A stretch of DNA of 64,000 bases, from positions 48,670,001-48,734,000 of the forward strand of contig OZ024748.1 of NCBI GenBank assembly GCA_964016885.1, written 5' to 3'. Position 1 is the first letter of the stretch, and each line of letters opens with the position of its first letter. Positions 48,180-62,504 of this stretch are shown in pieces. The translations under genes and the position numbers were made by a program. The notes beneath the pieces are model-generated. The model saw only the letters and a program-made list of their open reading frames with translations, ran no database searches and was not told where the DNA came from. The DNA comes from Eledone cirrhosa (Eukaryota).

Positions 48180-48750
48180 ATATTCTACACATATTACAAA
48201 TATTCCACAAATATTCCACAAATATTCCACATATATTCCACATATATTCCCCACACATATATTCCACACATATTCCACCCAAATATTCCACATATATTCC
48301 ACCCACATATATTCCACACATATATATTCTACCCACATAATCCACTTATGTTCCACCCACATATTCCACCCAAATATTCCACATATATATTCCACATATA
48401 TTCCACCCATATATTCCATACATATTCCACCCATATATTCCACATATATTCCACCCATATATTCTACCCATATATTCCACACACATTCCACCTATATATT
48501 CCACATATATTCCAGCCACATATATTCCACACATATATTCCACACATATATTCCACATATATTCCACATATATTCCACATATTCCACATATATTCCACAT
48601 ATTCCACCCACATATTCCATACATATTCCACCCATATATTCCACCCATATATTCCACATATATTCCACCCATATATTCTACCCATATATTCCACACACAT
48701 TCCACATATATTCCACACATATATTCCACACATATTCCACTCATATTCCA
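48180..48750. repeat. atattccac-based minisatellite
   Basis: Seen directly. Confidence 0.93.
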
Positions 48751-49016
48751 CTTACTTTTAATCCATTTTATATTAGAAATATTCTAGTTTCTTATATTTT
48801 TCTTGGTTTTCTAAATTATATTTTCAAATCGTGACAAGCTAAAACATATGTGAATAGTTTATGCAGTCGTATGTTAAGGTAAATTTTTAATTAAATAATT
48901 ATCTCATTAAATTCTGTCCAGATTATGGTAAAGTTATTTTGACTGTCTTACAAATAGATTAGAATATTGTTGAGAAAGAAGGTGTTTACCTCTTTTTAGT
49001 TGGCTCGTTTTTAAAT

Positions 49017-49130
<114 letters not shown>

Positions 49131-49401
49131 TGTGTATTTTTGTTTGTTTGTTTGTGTGTGTGTGTATTATAACAAGATATTGAAGTTTCACTTTAAAATG
49201 GTTTTATTGCATATCGTGTGTTACATATGTTTCACAGGCGATTGGCTATAGTTATTTATCTAGTGAACTTACAAAACTTCATTTCAAAATATATGGTACA
49301 TTGTTAATATTGTATTTAAAATGGAGGTGTAACTTATACACCTGTGTACATGGTAATTCTAAGTATTTTTGTTTTCTCTGTATATTTACTATGTATGTTA
49401 A

Positions 49402-49605
49402 CCCTTTAATGTTTAAACCGGCCAGAATTCTCTACCTTTTTCTGTTGAAACTGGCTGTAAAATGGTCGCTCAAACTGATTTTAATGTATTATTCTCAAAA
49501 TAAATACTTTCAAAATCTCATAGATTCGATATTATGTGAGATAATTTTGTGAGATGTACCATGAAAATATAATAGTATATATAGAGTAATGTGAATGCTA
49601 AAGGG
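49402..49605. mobile_element. piggyBac-like MITE
   Basis: TTAA|CCCTTTA...TAAAGGG|TTAA, 204 bp. Confidence 0.6.
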
Positions 49606-52600
49606 TTAAATGTTATGTTTAGCTATATTTAACCGTTTTAATACCAAACTGCCTAACACAGCAGTTTGTTAAAATTATACAAAACTGTTTATTTTAAAGT
49701 GATTATATTTATCTAAAAACCTTCTATCATAATTTTACGCCAGAAACTTTATTATGTCCCAAACACCAGCTTAATAAAATGAAGTAAAATGATTAACAAG
49801 TAAAGGTTTAGTAAAATGACTAACAAAGTTATATTACTAAATCTTTCTAACTTCTTGATTATAAGAGTTAATGTTTGTGTTGATTGTAAGAGTTAATGTT
49901 TGTGTTGTTGGTAAGAAAAGAGTTGAAATAGTTGGTCTACTGGTTATTGTGTTGGACTTCATAATGTTATGAGTTTGATTCCTGGAGCATGTGGTACATT
50001 GTGTACTTGACCAAAACACTTCATGCTGTTCTATCCAACTCAGCAGAATATGAGTACCAGTAGTAGCTTTGGGTTAGCCTTGCAATGGATTGGCGTCATT
50101 TCTGGGTGGGAGTTTTGTACTGCTGGTCACTTAACACCAATGAAACTATGATAATCACTAGCCTGATGAACCTTCATGCTTGGAGCAGAAAAGAGAAGGT
50201 AACTATGATGTCATCTGTATAGTATATAAGGTTGTGTGTATGTGAGGATGTAGAAAGGTCATGTAAGGTAAAAAGTGTGGCTGAGAAATTGGATGTTTTT
50301 CAGTACGTCTCAAGAAAATTACATTATCTGATAGTCTGACAGACATTTTTTGTGTTATTTTTTGAGGGGGTGTTTAATACTTAAGGAGACAGTGAATCAA
50401 CAGAGTTGTTAGTGTATTGTATAATGTTACTTAGTTTGATTATTTTTAATGGGTTTTAAAATTTTTATATTTCTGTCCAGGTTCCAGATTCTTAGGATCT
50501 GTCCAGGCTGCTATAAATGAGGGGATAGTAAATTATGGCTCATCAGCCAAATCCAACCCACAGTGTCATTTCATCAGGCCTTTAGATTTCTTGAAAGTTT
50601 GATGTTACATAACATTTTTTTAGTTTCCTTATCCATTTTGACCCACAGAACATCCAGTCCAAACTAAAGAGGTCGTGTAGGTGTCACGGCAAAAGAACAC
50701 GCAGTCCACACTGTAAAGTGGTTGTGTAGGAGACATGGTAAAAAAGGCTCCCAGTCGACACTGTAAATGTGGTGGATGTTTTGAAGGGCATCCAGCCGTA
50801 GAAAACCCGCCAGATACAGTCCTATACGAGTGAGACACGGTCACCCGATCAATCTTACCTCAAGTGGTACAATTGCCGTCTAACCCATGCTAGCGTGGAA
50901 GATAGACATTAAACGATAATGATGATGGATGTCATTTCATACAAACATTTTTAGTTTCTTTATCAACTTTGGTGATTGTCAGTGGAAGAAGAAATTTATT
51001 TTATTCTATGTTAAATGCTTACAATGAAAACCATTAAAGTAATTGATAAGCAAGCTGTTTCCATACTCTTGTATGATCAAGGTTTCAATTTGTATTTGAC
51101 TAGCTAGACATAAAAATATTTCTGATCCAGCCTGTCTCCAAAATAATTTGTCACGCTCTGGGTATAAATAGATGGAAAAGCCTGTCTCTGGGAGTATAAT
51201 GGGTATCAATTGTTGTGAGTTAATGGATCACTCATTTACAATTTACTGATGTTGTATGATGGTATGGCTCCATAACTCCCAATGGAGTTGTAGGGGTGCT
51301 GTAGTGGCCTACAGCATTTCTTGGGCATTTTTTAAGCCTAGAGGAGCCCATTCGTCTCCAGGTCCTCTTCCAGAGAAGGACAGAAAGTGAGAGAGAGAGA
51401 GAGAGGAAGTGAGAAAGATATAGAGGAAGAATCGACCCCAGTTTTAGACTAGGACTTTTTTTTCATCGACTTTAAAAAAAATGAAAGACAAAGTTGACCT
51501 CAGTGGAATTTGAACACAGAGAGCAGAGAGCTGCAACAAATGTCACAAAGCATTCTTATTTGATGTTCTAATGACTCTGCAAATTTTCTGCCATGTTGCT
51601 GTCATGTTGCTTGCAAACTGTACTTACAGATAGTGGCCTGAATGATTTGAGAGATATGTTGGTGATGGACACACAGTGTAGTGTTAATGGCACTGTGATA
51701 TGTACCTAGCTGACTCTTTAACCAATAATCTGATACCATCCCTATTCAACATGACCAGCTGTGACTCAAATAGTCTTGATTACTGTTCATAAAAGCAATT
51801 TGTTAATATGTAAAAAAAAAAAAAAAAAATCTGTTTGGCATGGTGAGTTTATAGAATATATAGTTACAGGCTACAACATATCTACATTTTAAATAAAGGA
51901 TTGGTTTATTTAATAAGGATGATTTAATACTTTTGTTCTTTTTTTTTTGCTGTTATTTGAAACCACTTCATTTGTGAGTTGTCATTTAACCAATTTATCA
52001 TACACCAATCTTAAATGTAATTCTAGTAACAACTAACAACCATGTTCTTTACATAAAAATAGCCAGCATGATATTTTTTCATTTTATCTTTAACATTTTT
52101 TTTCTTTATCTTTTTAAAATACTTTTGATCTTTAAATTATTGGAAAATAGTAAAAGAATTATTTCTAGTAGCAGTTTTATTTAATTAAAAAAAATAATAA
52201 ATAACACAAAAAAGACAACAAAACATCCAAGAGATTGGCTTCTTCACTGTTTTATTGAATGGGTTGTATTGATCTGCAAATTTATGTAATTATATAATTA
52301 CTTTTTTTTCTGGTTTTGATCTTTGCAACTCAATGTTTCATTTCATAGCGATGATGATGATGATGTATTTTGCAACAGTTTTTGATGTTTAGTATTCCAG
52401 CTGATCAACAAAACTAAATGTTCTTTGCATTAGAATGTTAAGTGGCTGAGTATTCCACAGAAATTTGAATGTATCCATAGTGTGACATTGTGTATGACAA
52501 GTTTAGGCCCTTATGTGTAGAGTACACCAAACAGACTTCCAACCACAGTTTGTTTCCCTAGTTTTATGTACAAAGTTTGTGGTGGGTCATGAGGCTATGA

Positions 52601-52928
52601 TAAGAGACACTTGCTCAAGGTACCCCAGTTTTATGGACAAGGTTTGTGGGGTGGGGGTGCTCATGAGGCTATGATAGGAGGTACTACACAATGGATTGAA
52701 TCTAGAGTATTAGGATTGCAAACTAAACTTAGCCATTCTGTTAAGATATATTTTATTGACACCATGAAGCTAACTTCGCCAATAATAATGGTTTCTGATT
52801 TAGGAACAAGGCCAACAATTTGGGGAGAGGGGAAAGTCAATTAAATCAACCCCAGTGCATAACTGGTACTTTATTTTATCAACCCCTTCCCTGTAAGGAT
52901 GAAAGGCAAAGTTAACCTCTCCAATAAC

Positions 52929-52959
<31 letters not shown>

Positions 52960-53659
52960 TTTCTACTTTTGCACAAGGCCAGCAATTACTCCAGTGCATT
53001 ACTGGTGCTTTATTTTATCGACCCCGAAAGGATGAAAGGCAAAGTTAACCTCGGCGGGATTTGAACTCAGACCGTAAAGGGACGTAACTATGCCGGAAAG
53101 CATGGCGTCCGACACTCTACCAATACTGCCAATCCACCGTCCTATATAATAATATTTGTTTCTACTTTTGGCACAAGGCCAGCAATTAGCCAGTGTATTA
53201 CTGGTACTTTATTTTATCGACCCCGAAAGTTGAGAGGAACTCTGAGAGGGAGTAAGGAGTGTTATATATATGTATATATGTATTATGTATGAGTGTGCTC
53301 GCGCGCACACACACTCACAGTCGCCTCTACATAAATAACAATAATAATAGTGAATCTTTATACATAGTAGTTGAGAAAATCAGGTAAAGTACTTCTCTAG
53401 TGAAGAATAAAGTAGACAGAGGCAGCATGAAGGAATGAAACCCCACATCTCTGTCAGAATCACCACTTCACACAAATCCAGATATTTGTAGGAACAGGAG
53501 TATTGTTGACTGAATTGACCTCAGTATATGTCTGGTACTTATCAAGACAAAATACTACCCAGCTGCTAAATATATCAGACAATTATCCTCCAATCCACAA
53601 TCTACTGTCTTAAAAGAAAGAGAGAGAAAGAACATGTTAGATAACATAACTATAGATCT

Positions 53660-53830
53660 GTCATGGGAAAACTGTGGCCCCATGAGCCACATGTGGCCCC
53701 ATGAACCACATGTGGCCCGCATGGCTTTCCGAATGAGGAGCCTAATTTGAAAATTGCCTCTAATTCTTTTAGTAGCGTGGCCATGTCATATGATGATCCA
53801 CATCCTGTGTGGCCCAGTGCTTGATAAAAC
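53660..53830. mobile_element. Possible hAT-type MITE remnant
   Basis: Repeated tgtggccc subterminal-like motifs; TIRs not clear. Confidence 0.35.
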
Positions 53831-54179
53831 TGTTATAGATAGATATACAATGCCTTAGAGATAAGTGGTGATAAATGGAACAGTCTTCTGATCATATGTC
53901 TTGTCTCGGCTAACCTAGGGCTAAACAACAACATCTTAATAGGATGATTATAAATTTTATCTAGAAAATTCATTGTCAGGTAAAAGAGCCTTTTTATTGT
54001 TTTTTGTGTTTTTCTTTTTATTTTCTTTTGTAAGATGGTGGATCTGAACTAGAAAGGATTAATCATAACTACTTTTATTAATAATAATTGTTTCTACATT
54101 TGGCACAAGGCCAGCAATTATCCCAGTGTATTACTGGTGCTTTATTTTATCGACTCCGTAAGGATGAAAGGCAAAGTGA

Positions 54180-54450
54180 AACCAGCCAAGCTCATGGATG
54201 TTATCCAACCATCTTGCTAAGGGTCTACTCCTGGGTTTCCTGCCGGTTGGTTTTGCCTGTAAAATCTGTCCAGTGATTCTTTCCTGAGACATTCTAACCA
54301 CATGTCCATAGTATCGGAGCTGAGGTCTTTCAATTTGGAGAAGTTGCAGTTCTATCTGGAGTGACTCTTTAATTTCCGAGCTACGCACTTTATTGGGTAA
54401 CGTTACTGCAAAGATCCTTCGGAGGAACCCCATATCGGCCACTTGTATTT
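54180..54450 (-). mobile_element. RTE-group LINE fragment
   Basis: MGFLRRIFAVTL..KVRSSEIKESL..QLRYYGHVVRM..GRKPRSRP..RWLD. Confidence 0.8.
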
Positions 54451-54526
54451 GCGATCGTATTCTTGAATATTATTACACTCTTTACTTTATATTCTTCTGA
54501 GTTGAATCTAACAACAATTGAACTTA

Positions 54527-55191
54527 GAGACTTGGAGTCACCTGAAGTTGATTGTTGGAGACTGGAGTCACCTGAAGTTGACTGTTGGAGACTGGAGTCA
54601 CCTGAAGTTGACTGTTGGAGACTGGAGTCACCTGAAGTTGACTGTTGGAGACTTGGAGTCACCTGAAGTTGACTGTTGGAGACTTGGAGTCACCTGAAGT
54701 TGACTGTTGGAGACTTGGAGTCACCTGAAGTTGACTGTTGGAGACTGGAGTCACCTGAAGTTGACTGTTGGAGACTGGAGTCACCTGAAGTTGACTGTTG
54801 GAGACTTGGAGTCACCTGAAGTTGACTGTTGGAGACTTGGAGTCACCTGAAGTTGACTGTTGGAGACTTGGAGTCACCTGAAGTTGACTGTTGGAGACTT
54901 GGAGTCACCTGAAGTTGACTGTTGGAGACTTGGAGTCACCTGAAGTTGACTGTTGGAGACTGGAGTCACCTGAAGTTGACTGTTGGAGACTGGAGTCACC
55001 TGAAGTTGACTGTTGGAGACTGGAGTCACCTGAAGTTGACTGTTGGAGACTGGAGTCACCTGAAGTTGACTGTTGGAGACTGGAGTCACCTGAAGTTGAC
55101 TGTTGGAGACTGGAGTCACCTGAAGTTGACTGTTGGAGACTTGGAGTCACCTGAAGTTGACTGTTGGAGACTTGGAGTCACCTGAAGTTGA
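54527..55191. repeat. 30/31-bp minisatellite tggagtcacctgaagttgactgttggagac(t), about 21-22 units
   Basis: Head-to-tail units with no spacers. Confidence 0.97.
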
Positions 55192-55506
55192 TATTGAAAT
55201 TATGTCTGATATTCTACTTCTGCCACAATTGTACACATTTTTGTTGTCCCCCCCCCCCCCCCCCATTTAGGATTTTGTTAAAAATAGGTTTTGTCAGTTA
55301 ATTTTCATAATCTTGGTTCCATTGCAAAAAAGAAAAGAAGAAATAATAATAAAAAAAGAAAAGAAACTATTACACCAAAAGAATATCAAAGAATTAATGA
55401 GAAAGCTAGAATTTCAGTTTAATGGTTGAAGGTGGAGGAAAAGGTCAGTATTAAATAGTTTGAACATTTGTTCTCCATCAGTTTATTGTATTTCATGTCT
55501 TGTTCT

Positions 55507-56930
55507 GTAGTGGTAGTGGTGGTGGTAGTACTAGTGGTAGTGGTGGTAGTACTACTACTAGTGGTAGTGGTAGTACTACTACTAGTGCTGGTGGTGGTAG
55601 TACTACTACTAGTGCTGGTGGTGGTAGTGGTGGTGGTGGTGGTAGTAGTAGTGGTAGTGGTGGTAGTACTACTACTAGTGGTAGTGGTGGTAGTGGTAGT
55701 ACTACTATTAGTGCTGGTGGTGGTAGTACTACTACTAGTGCTGGTGGTGGTAGTGCTGGTGGTGGTAGTGGTGGTGGTGGTAGTAGTAGTAGTGATGATG
55801 GTGGTGGTAGTGGTAGTAGTAGTAGTGGTGATAGTGGTGGTGGTGGTAGTAGTAGTAGTAGCACTAGTAATAGTAGAAGAGGTGGAGTGGGACAGTGGAG
55901 GTGGACTTAGTACTGAATGTGTAGAGTAGGACAGGGTTGTTGTGCAACTGAAGGGGTGGAGTGGGACAGTGTAGGTGGAGTGGGACAGGGTTGTTGTGCA
56001 ACTGAAGGGGTGGAGTGGGACAATGTAGGTGGAGTGGGACAGGGTTGTTGTGCAGCTGAAGGGGTGGAGTGGGACAATGTAGGTGGAGTGGGACAGGGTT
56101 GTTGTGTGGCTGAAGGGGTGGAGTGGGACAGGGTTGTTGTGTGGCTGAAGGGGTGGAGTGGGACAGGGTTGTTGTGTGGCTGAAGGGGTGGAGTGGGACA
56201 GGGTTGTTGTGCAACTGAAGGAGTGGAGTGGGACAATGTAGGTGGAGTGGGACAGGGTTGTTGTGCAGCTGAAGGGGTGGAGTGGGACAATGTAGGTGGA
56301 GTGGGACAGGGTTGTTGTGTGGCTGAAGGGGTGGAGTGGGACAGGGTTGTTGTGTGGCTGAAGGGGTGGAGTGGGACAATGTAGGTGGAGTGGGACAGGG
56401 TTGTTGTGTGGCTGAAGGGGTGGAGTGAGACAGGGTTGTTGTGTGGCTGAAGGGGTGGAGTGGGATAGTGTAGGTGGAGTGGGACAGGGTTGTTGTGCAA
56501 CTGAAGGAGTGGAGTGGGACAGTGTAGGTGGAGTGGGACAGGGTTGTTGTGTGGCTGAAGGGGTGGAGTGGGACAGTGTAAGTGGAGTGGGACAGGGTTG
56601 TTGTGCAACTGAAGGAGTGGAGTGGGACAGTGTAGGTGGAGTGGGACAATGTAGGTGGAGTGGGACAGGGTTGTTGTGTGGCTGAAGGGGTGGAGTGGGA
56701 CAGTGTAAGTGGAGTGGGACAGGGTTGTTGTGCAACTGAAGGAGTGGAGTGGGACAGTGTAGGTGGAGTGGGACAGTGTTGTTGTGCAACTGAAGGGTGG
56801 AGTGGGACAGTGTAGATGGAGCGGGACAGTGTAGGTGGAGTGGGACAGGGTTGTTGTGCAACTGAAGGAGTGGAGTGGGACAGTGTAGGTGGAGTGGGAC
56901 AGGGTTGTTGTGCAACTGAAGGAGTGGAGT
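55507..56930. repeat. (GTG/GTA)n followed by a G-rich 35/21-bp modular minisatellite
   Basis: ggagtgggacagggttgttgtg..ctgaaggggt and ggagtgggaca.tgtaggt modules. Confidence 0.95.
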
Positions 56931-58448
56931 GTGAAAAAGGTGGTTGAATGAGACAGTTTACCTTGTGAATATGATGTGTTATTTTACAATATCAGATCTA
57001 TTGTTGGATTGTCATCATCAAAATTTAACATCCATTTAGCATGGGTTAGACAAGTTGTCACATAGAGACAGGTCAGGTGGCCATATCTTGCTTATACAAA
57101 TCTGTATTTTGGCTTGGTTGCTCCAGCTGGATGCCCTTCCTAATACCAACCATGTTATATATATTTGGTGAGTTTACTTAACATTTTTATTATTGTATTT
57201 CAATAGAAATACATTGCCTATGTGTTAGAATAATTTTTGAAAATAATCAAAAATGTTTCATTAATAAACTGATATTTAGAACATTACTTAATAAACATTT
57301 CTAAAATAAAATTATGATGGAGAGTTTTGATATAAGTATTTTAAAATGTGAAGTTGTATCTCCTAAATCCAAGGTAGTTTCAGGTAGGGTTTGGTATTAA
57401 AAGGGTTAACTCTACTTACCCCAATGTACCTCAAACGTTCTGGGTATTTTAACAGCAATTCACTGGCATCCTATCAAAGTGCACAATTTACACGTGAAAA
57501 TCCTATAAACTTAAATTTATATCAAATCACAAAGACTTTTCAGTCTTTGGGGAATTTTTTGTCAGAATCTTCATTACTCTAAAACATTTTATTCTACATT
57601 TGCTTACATTATTGAAAATTTCTATTATAAATTTACTGTTAGGCATTTTCCACTGTTACATTTTCACATTTTCCTCTCTAATGATGTTTATTTAGACATG
57701 CATTTCCTATGTAAGTGGTTCCCAAGTGTAAATTATCGCTTTTTCACAGTACAAGGTGCAGGGGGAATGGATTTGATGCAGCCTTGGTGTGATGCACACC
57801 AAGGCAACTTTTAAAGAAGAATTTTTATTTAATTTCAAATTTGATGAACACATTAGACACCTGGAATAAAGAGGCACACATACATACATGCACACACACA
57901 TACATACATGCACACACACATACATACATACATACACACATACATACATACATGCATACATACATACATGCATGCACACATACATACATGCATGCACACA
58001 TACATACATGCATGCACACATACATTCAGGCATGCATACATACATACATGCATGCACGTATATACATGTATGAACATACATACACACATACACACACACA
58101 CATATATACATATTCACACACATACATTATATATAGTCACACACACACAATAAACACAGACATACACATGTGCACACATACATAAACATATATAGACATA
58201 CATAGACACATTACATTCACACACACACACACACAATAAACACATAGACATACATACACATAAACATATACACACACACACTCCTGCATGCTGTATACAC
58301 ATGCTGTACTCACATATACACGCTCCATGCTATACGCACTAGCATATTACACATACACACACGCACATCCATACAAATAACTTGTCAATTAATTATTTAA
58401 TGGAGATGTTGTATACTTACATACAACCTGTATTGTTAAGGACAGGAG

Positions 58449-59222
58449 GGTGGTGGTGGTGGTGGTGGTGGTGGTGGTGGTGGTGGTGGTGGTGGTAGTG
58501 GATGTGGTGGTGGTGGTGGTGGCAGTAGTGGATGTGGTGGTGGTGGTGGTGGCAGTAGTGGATGTGGTGGTGGTGGTGGATGTGGTGGTGGTGGTGGCAG
58601 TAGTGGATGTGGTGGTGGTGGTGGTGGCAGTAGTGGATGTAGTGGTGGTGGTGGTGGCAGTAGTGGATGTGGTGGTGGTGGTGGCAGTAGTGGATGTGGT
58701 GGTGGTGGTGGTGGCAGTAGTGGATGTGGTGGTGGTGGCAGTAGTGGGTGTGGTGGTGGTGGTGGTGGATGTGGTGGTGGTGGTGGCAGTAGTGGATGTG
58801 GTGGTGGTGGTGGCAGTAGTGGATGTAGTGGTGGTGGTGGCAGTAGTGTTTGTAGTGGTGGTGGTGGTGGCAGTAGTGGATGTGGTGGTGGTGGTGGTGG
58901 CAGTAGTGGATGTGGTGGTGGTGGTGGCAGTAGTGGATGTGGTGGTGGTGGTGGTGGCAGTAGTGGATGTGGTGGTGGTGGCAGTAGTGGATGTGGTGGT
59001 GGTGGCAGTAGTGGATGTGGTGGTGGTGGCAGTAGTGGATGTGGTGGTGGTGGTGGCAGTAGTGGATGTAGTGGTGGTGGTGGTGGCAGTAGTGGATGTG
59101 GTGGTGGTGGTGGTGGCAGTAGTGGATGTGGTGGTGGTGGTGGTAGCAGTAGTGGCTGTGGTGGTGGCAGTAGTGGATGTGGTGGTGGTGGCAGTAGTGG
59201 CTGTGGTGGTGGTAGTGATGGT
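58449..59222. repeat. (GGT)n-GGCAGTAGTGGAT minisatellite
   Basis: Seen directly. Confidence 0.96.
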
Positions 59223-59566
59223 GTATTAACATTTACATAGGTGTCATAAGATTTCAGGAATGTCATCCTGTTAAACTAGGTGACAATATGTTGGTATCTC
59301 AACAGTATGCAGCAGTATACAGGTGGAAACTACTGACGTTGTATTCTCTTTAAATATTAAATTAAATTAAAATATGTAGGATCTCACCATGTGTATATTA
59401 TTGTATATGTCGGGGTGGTTGAGGTGATGGGGTAGGGCACATGGCTGGAGGAAACAGAAAGGGGGGCTAGCAGCTAATGAAAAAGGTAAAATATAAAGGC
59501 AAGGGGAAAGGGGAACTTTACTGGAATGTAGACTATGGTAATGGTAGTAATACATGTATGTATGCA

Positions 59567-60826
59567 TGTTGAATGCATTTTCTGATGCTTGCACTGCCCT
59601 AGGATTGACTGTCAGTCTCAAGAAAAACGTTGTCATATACCAACCTGCCCTTAGTAAGCAAGTACAATGAATCAAATATCTATGTGTATGGTAAACGACT
59701 TTGTTGATCAGTTTGAGTTGTTGATCAGTTTGTCTACCTGGGAAGCACTGTCATTTGATACAGCAATCTTGATAATGAAATTCCACACAGGGTTAGGAAA
59801 GCAAGTGATGCTTTTGGAAAGCTAGAAAGGTGCCTCTGGGGTCGGCGAGACATATGCAAGAAGACAAAGGTAAAGTTGTATAAGGCACGTGTGCTCTCTT
59901 CTTGGCATGTGTGCTCTCTTCTCTTCTTTATGCCTGTGAGACCTGGGTCACATATCGACACCACATAAAAACAGTTGGAACATTTCCATCAGATGTATCT
60001 CAGATGGATCCATGGCGCTCACTGGAAGAGCCACATCAGTGATGTTGAGATTTTGGAAAGCTCTCTGGGTGAAAGCGTAGAAGCTCTTGTGCTTAAGCAA
60101 AGACTCTGATGGAGTGGTCACCTTGCCAGGGTGAAGGATTCTAGAATACTGAAACAACTTTTTTATGGAGAGTTAGTTAAAGGAAAATGACCTTCACATG
60201 AACTAAAAAAGAGGTATAAAGATTTGTTGAAAGCCTCCTTGAAAGACACTAACATCTCTGCTGATACATTTGAAAGCGTAGCTGCTGAGTGTAATAAATA
60301 GAGACTGTACATGAGGGGAAAGTTGCTTTCGAAGCATCTCGAATCGCATATGAGAAAGTAAAAATGGATGTGAGGAAGGGCATTGTTGTTGCATTTCCAG
60401 ACAGCGAAGGTCCTCCTATGGCGCTGACATGCACCATCTGTGCGAGACTCTGCCTCAGAAAAGCTGAACTCGAAAGTTATCTTCGTAGTCATAAAGTAAG
60501 ACCAGTGGTTGACTACCAGGCTGCTGTTGGAGAGGCTACTCATCATACCTGCCAAACATGTGGAAAAGCGTGTAGACCAGCAGGAGGGCTCAAGCGACAT
60601 GCAAAAGTACATGAAATCCAACCACAGCCAGCTATTGCCAGTGAATGTTTTGGTTGCCGACTCTGTGCAAGACATTTTAGATCATTGGCTGCGCTAAAAA
60701 ACCACATTCGATTGCAGCACCGTTAATTATTTATATATGTGTGTGTTTTTTTTTAAAATTCTATTTTGTTTATTTTTTTTAATCATGCAATGGCCATACT
60801 CGATACCGAGGGAGCAGCCATCATCA
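59567..60826 (+). mobile_element. RTE/BovB-like LINE 3' portion, degraded, with C-terminal C2H2-type fingers
   Basis: FVYLGS..ASDAFGKL..LLYACETW..WSGHLARV..KQLFYGEL..KRYKD; ORF 60364-60726 has three CxxC..H units; (CAT) tail. Confidence 0.88.
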
Positions 60827-60833
60827 TGTGCGT

Positions 60834-60864
<31 letters not shown>

Positions 60865-61204
60865 CATGTGTATGTATATATGTATGTATGTATGTATATG
60901 TGTGTGTGTGTGTATATATGTATGTGTGTGTGCATTTGTGTGTATGTATATATGTATGTGTGTGTATGTATGTATGTATGTATGCATGTGTGTGTGTGTA
61001 TGTATGTGTGTGTGTGTGTATGTATGTATGCATGTGTATGTATATATGTATGTATGTATATGTGTGTGTGTGTGTATATATGTATGTGTGTGTGCATTTG
61101 TGTGTATGTATATATGTATGTGTGTGTATGTATGTATGCATGTGCATGTGTGTGTGTGTGTGGGTGTGTGTGTGGGTGTGTGTGTGTGTGTGTGTGTATG
61201 TATG

Positions 61205-61258
<54 letters not shown>

Positions 61259-61354
61259 CATGTGTATGTATGTATATGTGTGTGTGTGTGTATATATGTA
61301 TGTGTGTGTGCATTTGTGTGTATGTATATATGTATGTGTGTGTATGTATGTATG

Positions 61355-61394
<40 letters not shown>

Positions 61395-61404
61395 CATGTG
61401 TATG

Positions 61405-61435
<31 letters not shown>

Positions 61436-61586
61436 ATGTGTGTGTGTGTGTATATATGTATGTGTGTGTGCATTTGTGTGTATGTATATATGTATGTGTG
61501 TGTATGTATATATGTATGTGTGTGTGTGTGTATGTATGCATGTGTGTATGTATGTATGCATGTGTGTGTGTGTGTGTATGTATATA
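60827..61586. repeat. (TG)/(TATG) compound microsatellite (other simple tracts: (CACG)n 18691-18790, (CT)n 19162-19305, (GT)n 49021-49130, (CATA)n 57875-58100)
   Basis: Seen directly. Confidence 0.97.
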
Positions 61587-61961
61587 CAGTGTACCCACGA
61601 CATTCGTGGCTCCAGTTATTCACAGAACCTAACTAATAACTGTTTGCAGAAACCACCCCTCATTGGCGGAATCATAAATATCTTCTGCAATTTTTTAATG
61701 GCTTTTTTGTAGCAATATATATTTTGTAGCAATATATATTTTGTAGCAATATATATTTTGTAGCAATATATATTTTGTAGCAATATATATTTTTCACGCT
61801 TTTTAATGCTAAATTATTAACAATTTACCGTATTTGCTGGCCTATATTTTACATTGTTTTGACGTTTATAGACATTTTTATGGACAACGTCCAATATTCG
61901 CAGTTTTTCACTCTTGTGGGTGCTCTAGGAGTAACCCCTGTGAATACCAGGGGGGCAACTG
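61587..61961. mobile_element. Tc1/mariner (Tigger-like) MITE with an internal 17-bp tandem repeat
   Basis: TA|CAGTGTACCC...GGGCAACTG|TA with degenerate TIRs; (ttttgtagcaatatata) x5 at about 61705-61790. Confidence 0.45.
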
Positions 61962-62044
61962 TATATATATGTGTGTTTATATATATGTATATATATAGAC
62001 ATATATATATCATCATCATCATCGTTTAACGTCCATCTTCCACG

Positions 62045-62078
<34 letters not shown>

Positions 62079-62269
62079 AATTAAAATACTAGAGTGTGTT
62101 GGAGTTAAACACCCTCTTCATATTATAGAAATGGCTCAATGTAATTAAACAGAGATATAGTTCAATGTAATTAATAGCTCAATGTAATTATAGCTCAATG
62201 TAATTAAACAGAGCCAAAGAATTATAAAAAATAAACCAAAGAAGCCTTCAATACATCAAAAGTCATTAT

Positions 62270-62311
62270 TTGCCAACAATGTTTCGTCCTATTAAATACT
62301 CATCAGGGCAA
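62270..62311 (-). ncRNA. Mirror copy of the minimal hammerhead
   Basis: UUGCC-CUGAUGA-GUAUU-UAAU-AGGAC-GAAAC-AUU-GUU-GGCAA. 5-bp stem I, weakened stem II. Confidence 0.75.
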
Positions 62312-62462
62312 GTAAAGCTACAAGAAGCACTATCGGCCAATACAAGCCAAAAACTCAGAAGAATATAGAGTATACATCTATTAAAGCTTAGGAAAGATGT
62401 ATACTCCATATTCTTCTGAGTTTTTGGCTTGTATTGGCCGATAGTGGTTCTTGTAGCTTTAC

Positions 62463-62504
62463 TTGCCCTGATGAGTCCTTAATAGGACGAAACATTGTTG
62501 GCTA
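62463..62504 (+). ncRNA. Minimal type I hammerhead ribozyme
   Basis: UUGCC-CUGAUGA-GUCCU-UAAU-AGGAC-GAAAC-AUU-GUU-GGCUA, then AATAAA. Confidence 0.85.

Noticed and set aside
50160-50215. CUGAUGA-ACCUUC..GAAGGU hammerhead
   Set aside because: No GAAA after stem II and no stem I pairing.
54527-55191. CRISPR-like 30-bp repeats
   Set aside because: No unique spacers, no cas genes, eukaryotic context.
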